A DNA stretch of 63,646 nt, the filler included, from Octopus bimaculoides (Eukaryota): NCBI RefSeq assembly GCF_001194135.2. It is 4 parts of 3 records of this genome, joined end to end, with 100 filler letters (N's around TTAATTAATTAA, not from the genome) between each part and the next. Parts side by side here need not be neighbours in the genome. Positions count along the whole stretch, not along the records: positions 1 to 28,549 come from NC_068985.1; positions 28,650 to 59,372 come from NC_068989.1; 2 more parts are not named here. One strand, written 5' to 3'. Positions within the stretch are counted from its first letter, which is position 1, and the number at the start of each line of letters is the position of its first letter. Of the stretch, positions 27,101-35,737 are shown piece by piece. The notes below the pieces were generated by a model, which worked only from the letters and a program-made list of their open reading frames with translations, ran no database searches and had not been told where the DNA came from. The position numbers and the translations under genes were made by a program.

Positions 27101-27512
27101 TCGCTTCGTTACAGTGCCGGCAATACTCAGCTCCGAAATGGGACGAGTTAGGAATGGTATAAAGTGGTGGCCGTCCATCGAGACTATCACCATTTCCAAT
27201 AACATTGTATCTCTCTAACACGTTCACCAAGAAGATACTCTCACAGCGATTGTTTCCTTTTCTTAATCCATCGGATTTTAGAAGCAAAGTTTCAAAGGCG
27301 CCCACTTCAAGTCTACAATGAGGACAAGGTATATATTTTCTACCGGATCCCAAAACAGAAAACATGGTGCCTTCGAAGGAAAAATCCTCGCTACCGCTGC
27401 TGCTGCTGCCGCCATCACCACATCCGCCATAGTAAGGTGGTGGTGGAGAGTCCATTAAAGTCCCATATCTTTGGTGTGAATTACTATAACAACAGTGCAG
27501 ACCAGCCTCCAT
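24144..27512 (-). CDS. 1122-aa TRIM-NHL-like protein: N-terminal CxxC remnants, coiled coil (~aa 307-354), long Ser/Thr/Asp/Glu/Lys-rich disordered region, C-terminal six-bladed NHL/beta-propeller (~aa 882-1122)
   Basis: Uninterrupted 3.37-kb ORF in otherwise stop-rich DNA. ATG in good context (aaagtATGG) with an in-frame TAA two codons upstream. Six NHL-like blades: LADIKCNDNGQYIVSDWSNCCVQMF, PWSLALMDANVVACT, YWGIAVTRDQNLVCS, PQYITIGDNDVIYVSD, PRDIEYSPDGYIYIADTETNKIYRLTKDG, PLAITLRQNTIIMT. Family assignment is by pattern recognition only. Confidence 0.85.
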   Translation of the reverse strand: MEAGLHCCYSNSHQRYGTLMDSPPPPYYGGCGDGGSSSSGSEDFSFEGTMFSVLGSGRKYIPCPHCRLEVGAFETLLLKSDGLRKGNNRCESIFLVNVLERYNVIGNGDSLDGRPPLYTIPNSSHFGAEYCRHCNEANSVSNKPPSCDSTRAETSSPASSDVEQLSTSLEDNSLLTNRYSEKSDQPSDNKSFEGNDSFFQSNHTGKNVKYKHRTSNGYCQRKSAKILDETTENHRNNTNNHICYSQSRYIPNHVCHSPEYSNPWLCKSYHKVKHANNNTRFNSNVSCHRNSFARYQDESLLGEGVGELLQNKMDSKFEEVLKCGEDELYSRERLEEEIESLKATIANLIEETLKYWVPSYGSKRKLSSTEHRISYSKADTPPPMKLNCKKNDSSQISLTETISLQNSSTPIQTNSHSKESRVHPLNSTDTKTYCPHLQKINLKNDRRSQQYQYQDHQEIPSPTEDEQTVQTPGNDSGFFSPSPRILQSPSAWQQRKHESDSKSFRYNSHNISSEYGFKYPKPETDKSDDSDQYETELNPRNRKRTKVGNIHQSYSTETRNTSSKVKVNDDDYDQSDQVISPRENNNSKIKSPKKGKFRRSTDQNENQKSDPDLQSYAHERKFRQMNGDISPARSVSLKKTSNSLEEVEKPVIEHQNRSQINASPISSRVAPMSPESEMTEWEIDIKEQLSTADNLNTSLSETSEATDISNTDDSYGTLSSVAKRFDFDIYSDQATSSVDLDEGNSTKEWQANTDRYVTSEISSSPLPERPTRDKATLVSNKAGKILKGALKLDNDSKSKRNRHVEIKEESSAENSQVQIGMAPKESPPKLPSIETVKRNKKRDTSVGTFVEGELDYLHTTHKKGTLYAGGPFQADQHFRSWLADIKCNDNGQYIVSDWSNCCVQMFSTVGLPGDRVTFKSGPWSLALMDANVVACTIPNARQLAFLSHGARLVVVGLVSTEQCYWGIAVTRDQNLVCSCILGIDLLSNTGQPLRTLQYNKVGLDFFIFPQYITIGDNDVIYVSDSCGTYLLGIPKEGEINFEFRPIQSNKFITPRDIEYSPDGYIYIADTETNKIYRLTKDGKLDCELFTAKDGIKGPLAITLRQNTIIMTQKDSSILVLPL

Positions 27513-27756
27513 ACTTTAGCGCCGGCCTGGTGGATATGTTACCGTTGCAAATGTTATTGTTGTGAATGTTGGTTACTGTTGATGTTGTAGTGGTCGTCGT
27601 ATTGATGTGAACAGCAGTAGCAGTTATTGACAGCAATGATGTGTTTTGTTGTTTTTCGTTTTTGTTTTACATTTGTTCTGCCTGTTGCTGGTGTTATACC
27701 TGCTGTTCTACTTGCTGTTATGTTTCAGCCTGTTATAGCAGTAGCAGCCGTTTCAC

Positions 27757-27840
27757 CTGTCGAATGGAAAGACAGAATATGAAATAGAGCTAGAGGCACA
27801 GGTACAGGTAGAAAGAGAGAGAGAGAGGAGGGGGGATAAA
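27757..27840 (-). promoter_or_regulatory. 3' splice site (polypyrimidine tract + CAG) opening the large coding exon at 27756
   Basis: Minus strand reads ...ctctctttctacctgtacctgtgcctctagctctatttcatattctgtctttccattcgacag|GTGAAAC, 244 nt upstream of the ATG. Confidence 0.6.
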
Positions 27841-27993
27841 TAGAAACAGAAATAGAGACACGGATAGAGAGGTGGGAAAGAAGGAGTTCAAAGCGGTTGT
27901 AAGTGAACACAATGATAATATGGTGGTTGGCGGTTGGTAGTAGTGAGAGTAGGCATAAAAGTATGGCAACAAGTGGCAAAAGTAGAAGTGGTA

Positions 27994-28427
27994 GTTGTTG
28001 TTGTTGTTTACCCCTATCTCCATGCCACCCCAGGGTCTATCCTGATCGAGCATCCCTATGATAAGAGGCTATCCAGCCATGACTATTCCGCCTTTTTTAA
28101 GTCTATGTAATAAAAACATTATTTAATGGGTCTTTCCTTTCCCGAGTGAAGGCGTGTTATGATAGAGATGTGGCTGCTATTTCTAACCGGTCGATTGGCA
28201 ACTTAAACACCCTCGCTTCTTTTGGCTCGTAAATTATTGTTGTTGTAGCTAAACTCTAAGACAGCCCTGAACGAATAAACCAATACTCAAAGACAGTCCA
28301 GTAGTGACAACTCCGTCAAGGACTATATTAACTTTCGTGTTCTTTCCTTAATAAAAACAGTAGAATGTGATTCTAGAGGGATTTAACTCTTATTTCTAGC
28401 AGGTAAAACGACTAAGTAGAGACTCCC
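27994..28427 (-). mobile_element. Two tandem degenerate copies of repeat family C, each with an (AAC)n tail
   Basis: Each starts on + with (TTG)n and shares CCAGCCATGAC and GCTATTTCTA motifs with the copy at 52675-52915. Confidence 0.45.
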
Positions 28428-28549
28428 TTGTTTGTACCGGTAATGGTATTCACGTTGTTATTAGTGGTGGCGGTGGTGGTGGTGTTGGTGCTACAGTTGA
28501 TGGTGTCATGATGATAGTGATGGCGGCGGTGTTGTTGTTGTTGTTGGTG

Positions 28550-28649
28550 NNNNNNNNNNNNNNNNNNNNNNNNNNNNNNNNNNNNNNNNNNNNTTAATTA
28601 ATTAANNNNNNNNNNNNNNNNNNNNNNNNNNNNNNNNNNNNNNNNNNNN
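28550..28649. other. Artificial 100-bp scaffold spacer N44-TTAATTAATTAA-N44 (same 12-mer also at 59417-59428 and 61730-61741)
   Basis: Identical all-frame-stop 12-mer centred in N runs at three places. Confidence 0.95.
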
Positions 28650-29098
28650 TATATATATATGCATGTATGTATATAAATATAAATACGCACGAGGAATACA
28701 GCAAGTATATTTCTCCGAATAGGTCCTCCCACATACAAAATACAAATAGTAAAATGCAAAGAGGAGCCTAGACATCCTTGTATCAATTGATTTCGCATTC
28801 TGCGTTGAACCAAAAAGTGTGCAAGTGCGTGTAGATGCGATCTTTTATTTAATTTTTCGAAGCCCCAATATGAAATTATTTGTTATCTAGAGTTGTCACT
28901 GTTCATTGATGCATTACACTTTTATATGTGAATTTTAAAGGGGAATGTTATTAGTTATTGCAGTGTTATTTTGTAAGATTCTGTTATGAGATGTATTATT
29001 AACAGAGCAATTCAAATTAAAAGAATGTGTACTGAGTACAGAGGGTTTAAAGTAATTATTTTTATTATTATCATTATTATTATTATTATAATTGTGAT

Positions 29099-29140
<42 letters not shown>

Positions 29141-29539
29141 TCCATCAGAAATCCTAACAGAAATGTTATGATTTATAGAGAAGGTGGAACATGTAAAGAT
29201 TCCCATTTGGTGTATGCGACAGAATGCACGAAACACAACTTAATTCATGTTGGTTGTACAACAGAACAATTAAACAAAAGGTTTAATGGGCACAGATTCG
29301 ACGTCATTCACAATAACAGTAGTTCGACAGAACTTGCCGAACATTTCGTTTCAAGCGGCTGCAATTTGGAAGAAGACTTGAAAGTGCATATTCTCAGGAA
29401 ATATTCTGAATCTGCTTCACTTTCGCTTTTCAGATTGTATGAGGAGAAATATGTTTGCGGGTTATTAACATCACACCCTGGAGGAATGAATAAAATGACA
29501 GGAGAATATCATCAAATTTATACAAAACTGTTTGATTAA
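29141..29539 (+). mobile_element. Penelope-like (Neptune-type) GIY-YIG endonuclease fragment
   Basis: TCKDSHLVYATECTKHNLIHVGCT..LNKRFNGHR..LAEHF..LKVHIL..YEEKY..LLTSHPGGMN matches the PLE EN pattern C.S.N.VY.I.C..C...YVG.T...L..R...H...VA.HF...E..WI..L.T..P.GLN. The frame is open from the upstream (AAT)n tract. No RT is visible. Confidence 0.8.
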
Positions 29540-29599
29540 ATATTCTTCCTTTTCTCTTTTTTCTGTGGTCTTCTTTTTTCTACTCTTTTTCTGTTTTCT

Positions 29600-30061
29600 A
29601 CAAGTGCTCCACTATTATTGCAGCCCTTATTTGTTCCACGTACTTCTCTAGATTTTTGCTCATTGTTCCCAAGGGCTCCGACAATTATTCCTACTACTAC
29701 CACCTTTTTCATCGACCACAACTACTTAACTTCCCAAGCTAACCTGTCATATATATCGACTTTTCTTTCTTCCTTATCGCATACCTTATTGTCAGCTGGG
29801 CATGCTATGTCTATGATCCAGCATCGTTTGTTTTCCTTCTCAATTAAGACTATGTCCTGCTTCCTATTCTCTATCTCATGGTTGCACTGAATCATAAAAT
29901 CCCATAGGATCTTTGCATTTCTATTTTCGACGATGCTTTCAGGTTTGTGGTCGTACCAATTTTTACTCTGTCAAATCCATACTTGTTGCAAAGTGTCCAA
30001 TGGACAAGCCTGGCTATATTGTCATGGCCTCATTTATGTTCCTTATGGGATAGTGGCGTAC
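29600..30061 (-). mobile_element. R4/Dong-clade non-LTR retrotransposon fragment (restriction-like endonuclease domain)
   Basis: GHDNIARLVHWTLCNKYG, WYDHKPESIVEN, KILWDFMIQ, RKQDIVLIEK, CWIIDIACPAD, LWSMKKV..IIVGALG. Contains stops and frameshifts. The 5' end abuts (AAT)n at 30062-30082. Confidence 0.85.
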
Positions 30062-30647
30062 ATTATTATTATTATTATTATTATGCATAACATTTTTAGT
30101 ATTAGTTATAGTTAACATATCATAATAATAATAATTATTATTGTTTTTATTATTCATTACATGTTTATATGTTTCTATTATACTTTGTGACTTTATCTTT
30201 ATTATTTGTAGCTTTTTCTTATTATTATAGGGATTATGTAAATTCTCATTTTTTTATTACAATTATATTTGTGATGTTATTGATATTATTAATATTTTGT
30301 ATATAATGTCTTTGTAACCAGCATTACATAAAGCAATATTATATTGGTTCATATGTTTATAAAATATATCCTCCTTAGAATATATTATATCACTCAAAGT
30401 TTTATGAACATATTGACCCCTTTATTAATTTGATACTTAAATATACGGTTAATTACAATATATTACTTTTCTTTATATCTTTTCATGTTCACCCACCGTA
30501 TATTATGTTATATTTTATATTAACATTTCTAAATATACTTCCTTCCCCGCCCTTTATAATTTTCTATAAAACAAAACTCAGTTTGCTGGAATGCTCTTTA
30601 CATTTGACATATAAATACATAAGAATGTAATGGTATATCTTTTTTCT

Positions 30648-30727
30648 ACCTCCGACGGGATTCAATTTTATAATGATTTAATTATTTTAATTAACTTTTA
30701 AAGTCTGAAGCGAAACAGCTGTCAGGG
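30648..30727 (+). ncRNA. Degenerate hammerhead-like motif with long stem II in the putative PLE 3' pseudo-LTR
   Basis: cct CCGACGG gattcaa...ctgaagc GAAA CAGCTGT C agg: palindromic stem III and GUC site, but two core substitutions. Confidence 0.4.
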
Positions 30728-30793
30728 ATTATATCTGTTTTTGTAATCAACAAATATAATTACTAATTGATTTATCTCTTTTATCCTATTTTT

Positions 30794-30851
<58 letters not shown>

Positions 30852-31905
30852 AGTGTGCATACATATATCTATCTGTCTGTCTATGTATGTATGTATCTAT
30901 CTACACACACACACACACACACATATATATATGTACAGAGAGGGGGAAACAGAGAGAGAGACAAGCAAACAAGTAGATAGATAGATAAATCGACAGATAG
31001 GTAGATAGGTAGGTATAGATAGATAGATAGATAGATAGATACAAAAGTTTGAGAATTGTGTCCTGAAAAGTTGTTAAAATATCAAGTAGTTAGTGCGAAA
31101 TGGAATAAGAATTAAAAAATAGAAAGCGCATTTTATAGGAAAGGTATATGTTTTCTGTAGGATTTTTAAAAAAGGTGTAACGTGGTAAAATTAAAACATA
31201 ACAATTTAACAAACACAGACGTGATTTCCATAATTTCATATAAAATGTAATAAACTAAAGCGAATAGTTACTTCAGAAAATTAAAATTAAAATAAAATAA
31301 GAGATATTAGAAATGTGAGATATTTATAGGCAGAGTTAATATATGAAATTGTTTTAGAAATTTTAAAATGAAAAACGAGGGAAATATGTATATAGTACGC
31401 CATATTTGAATTCAAGCTTATAGCTTTTTCTATGTGTTCGTATATTTTCTCCATTTCAAATACGTGAGTGTTTGTGTTTGTGTGTGTGTGTCAAAAAGAA
31501 ATATCACTTTTAAGGCCACATATGTATATATATATATATAGAGAGAGAGAGATAGATATATGTGTGTGTGTGTGTTTTTATGTATATATATTTACTAATG
31601 TAAATTTATGACATACAGACATACATACACGCGCGCGCACACACATACACACGCTCACATATGCACCCATACACACATATATATATTTGGAAGGATGAGA
31701 TGTTGAGTATGTTAGCTGATTAACACAATGAACAGACAAGTGATGCAAATAGAAATAAAAACGTTAGTTAAAATATATTTGCATTAGAACATGATATCAA
31801 AAATTATTTGAAAGAATACATAATGCAACTCTACATGAAATATTAAAATAGTAACATCACGTAATGTAAATTATTCCGATATTAGCAGAATTATATTCAA
31901 ACGCA

Positions 31906-32034
<129 letters not shown>

Positions 32035-32327
32035 TAATAAATCTCAGAGCGAGTTATAAAGAGTACCTGCACGACATCGTGAAGTATATTTGCCACCTAA
32101 ATGCGGCTAACCCTTAAGGGTCGATGCTACTGTACCTTGTAGCCCCAGGAAGATATCTCCTCCAGCTGGCTATTGACATTATCTGTGTCCTATCAGTATC
32201 TGCAAAGGGAAATCATCGTTCCCATCTCCAGCCTGACGTGATACACACAGACCCGGCTTTCTGGGTATTGAAATATACTTCACGATGTCGTACAGCTACT
32301 GTTTATAACTCGCTCAGAGATTTATTA
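32035..32327. mobile_element. MITE/fold-back element, 293 bp, with 57-bp TIRs
   Basis: 32035-32091 vs reverse complement of 32271-32327 differ at only 4 positions. Confidence 0.8.
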
Positions 32328-32339
32328 TTGCTTGTTTCC

Positions 32340-32424
32340 TTAGGCAAGTGTCTTCTACTATAGCCTCGGGCCAAGCAACACCTTGAGAGTGGATTTGGTA
32401 GACGAAAACTGAAAGAATCCCGTC

Positions 32425-32427
<3 letters not shown>
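32340..32427 (+). mobile_element. SINE family A, 5'-truncated head
   Basis: GGCAAGTGTCTTCTACTATAGCCTCGGGCC...GAAAACTGAAAGAATCCCGTCG followed by (AT)n. Confidence 0.8.
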
Positions 32428-32465
<38 letters not shown>

Positions 32466-33995
32466 AGGAAATACGTGCAAACATGTGCACAAAGACATCC
32501 ATACGCACAATATTTTGACTAAATGAAGACCGTTGATATAGAATGAATATATAGCTAATTTATATAAGGTAACTATATAGAATGTTTCATTTTATTCATA
32601 GTTTCAAACAGATGCACACACACGCACACACACACACGCACACACACACACACACCCATGCTCCCACGGGAACACAAAGGTATAGCCAGAAAAATAGAAA
32701 GGGAGGATGAGGGTTGTGAGGTGTTGCAATTTATTAATGAATCGGGATTGAGATGAATTCTGTATCTCATAAACGTAAGAGGTATACTCTCAAACATAAA
32801 CAAGGAGCGAGAGAGGGAGAGAGAGAGAGGGAGAAAGAGAGGGAGAGAGAGAGGGAGAGACAGACAGACAGACAGACAGAGATTGAGAGAACAGAGTCAG
32901 AGAAGAAGTGAGACTGAGAAAGATAATCTTTAAAACGAGAGAAACATTGAAATGTCTGATATCACAAACGCCGACGTCGAATCAGCGATTCCAAACAGGT
33001 GGCCCCACTACAGCGGTGCCAAAGCTGTTGTGCTAATACGTTTCACACTCCCTCTATCTTCCGTTAAGCAGTATAATTTTATGGACCCCAAAATTAGGAA
33101 AAGTAAAGTCGACCTCGGCGTGAACAGAGAATTAAAGAAATCGGAACCAATATTGCGAGGCACTCTCTTCAACATTCTAAGGATCTCCTTGATTCACCAC
33201 TATCTGTTTCAGTGCATCAGTGAATAACTTCGCTGTTAATCTATTGTGTGAACTTTTGTGTGTTGCCTGTAATGTCCATTTGTGTAGCACCAATAACAGA
33301 ATCCTGTATCCTAAAACACGATCGCTCTGCGGAGCATACTTCAGCGTTATACATGTCAGCAATTGTTGATGGTCAGTGAATTTTCTGCGTAATAAACATA
33401 TATTTCAAGCTTTGTGTTACAATTCGGAGGTTGAGAGGTGAGAGAAGCGCTCCCTAAACTAGTTACAGAAAGACAAAATTAGTCGATTCTTGCTCCCAAA
33501 CTGTCAGCATTCCTGTGATTTATTTATACGTTATGCAATTATATTTTCAAGACACTGAATATATATATATATTTCTAACATATTCGTTACGTGCAAGGAT
33601 ATTTATTCATAACCATGTTATGTTGGTATTTCTTTCAAAATATCTCGGTCGTCAACCTTTCAGCATTATGAAAAGATCTTCCTGTCATTTCGAGGTTGTT
33701 GACATTCATAAGAAGATATAAATTCTACGAAATTTCAGGAAGTGGAGAGGTGAGGTAATTAGTTCGTGACAAGTCCCAAAGAAAGATTAAACTAGTCGGA
33801 AGATTCTTCATAATCGATTCCTGAAATCTTAGTGATTTATTCACAGATTATATATCTTTTCAAAACGAGACTAAATATATGTTTATGAAGCATATAATTT
33901 TCTTGCATACGTATATACAAAATCCAGATATATTCATAACCACGTATTAATGTAACACACATAGAAAATGTGTGTGTGTGTGTGTGTGTGTGTGC

Positions 33996-34049
<54 letters not shown>

Positions 34050-35737
34050 GTGGTGATAGGGTGTGATAATGATGATGGTGACAGTGATGATAATAGTGAT
34101 GATGATGATGATAATGACGAAGACGATGATGATGGCAAAAAATTGTGAGCGTATCTGATGGATGTGTATGGACTTAATCTCCTTCCCAAGCTACAAGCGA
34201 ACAAAAAACTTCATGAAATTGTAAGAAGGATCTAAAAGAAATTGTTTTACGGCCACAACCTAGCAGAATATTAGCAGACAGTTTGATGTAATCTATTCTG
34301 TTTTACGTTTCTATCAAGAAAAAGCAAATTTAATTCTAATGCAGTCAGGTTCTCCTTAGCCCATCTTGAAGTATAAAAGAAAATTACGGAAATATAATAT
34401 ACGGCGGCATAAAATTGAAAAATAAGCAGGGATAATATATTTTCTTTGCAAAATTGGAAAGAAAGGATACAGAAAGACTCTGAATGATTTAAAATGCATA
34501 ATATAAGAGGACATACTGAAAGCAAAATAATGTAGCTTAAATAAATAAATGTTAGCGATTCTTCTAGAATAAAATATTTGAAGAAAATACAAAAATATTT
34601 ACAGGGATCTTAAAAAAAAAACAATAAAGGCATGATAATGGAGGTTACAACATAGTTTACGGATATGGAGTAATATTGAGATTTCATGTGGAACAAAAAC
34701 ATATCTAACCACGGACAATTTCGAGTTGTTTATCATGACTGACAAGTTTATCACGAAAGCTGTCCGGATTTAGGAATCAGACATTGGAACGAAAATACAT
34801 TTGCATTACTAGGGAACTCTGTGCCTTCCAACCAGAGCAGCTCTGTTTGTCATTTCAATTACAAAACATAAAATTATGAAATTGAAATGACAAGAATGGA
34901 AGAAAAAATGCGAAAACTGTACCAACAATAAATGGAGGACAATGTATAGTGTATAAAAATAAAAAATAGAATCAAAACGTACACAAATCTCCACCAGGAT
35001 CGTATATTGGTAGGCTCATGATAGTTCTGGATAGCGTAAAAAAAGGATAATAACGGGAAACATAAAAGAGGAGGGGTTAACAGTAATTTGATTAGAGAAA
35101 AATAGTCGGCCAATATAAACAACATGGATAATACCATCGAAATAAATAGCATATTTATTATTTGTGGGCGTTGTGAGTGATAAAGAGCTCCCTGATATGA
35201 ATCAGTTGAAGGTAAAAGAAAAAGTATCCTCAACTCTTGTCGATAAATTGAGTATCACTCTGATGAAGTTGGCTTATTCCTGTTCTTGAATTAACGAGGT
35301 TGGTGTTTATAGTACTTTGAAAGAAGACTTAGACGGTGTCCTAACCGATGTGAGACAGGCTGTGTGTCTGCTTAACGTGACAGGATATATATTAATGCTC
35401 ACCAGGTGTTTAATATGGTGAATCAAGAGGAGACACAGGCAGAGCTACTGCCTCATACCTATACTCACTGGTCGGTGCCGCAGTACATGGGTCTAAAGAA
35501 ACGAGGATCATCAACAAATGTTTTTGTGGATTTTGACCGTTGGCTCGTCATTTGTTTGCTATTATTATAGCTTATAGCATGTTCTGATTATGACATGAGC
35601 GTAACCTCATGTGGCCTTGTGCCTCTTAACAGAACTCCATGTTTTCGGGACTCAGCTGAATTTTAGTGACAGCGGTAATATTCCGGAGTTGTACACAACT
35701 GAGAGAGCGGAGGACGTGTCTACCAGTATGGTGGTTA

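Noticed and set aside
24163-27205. Short ORFs overlapping the large CDS on either strand
   Set aside because: Shadow frames of the real coding sequence.
28594-28605. TTAATTAATTAA motif recurring three times
   Set aside because: Artificial scaffolding spacer centred in N runs, not biological.
35270-35285. CTGATGAAG (also CTGATGA at 38558 and 38627)
   Set aside because: No stem II or downstream GAAA; not hammerheads.
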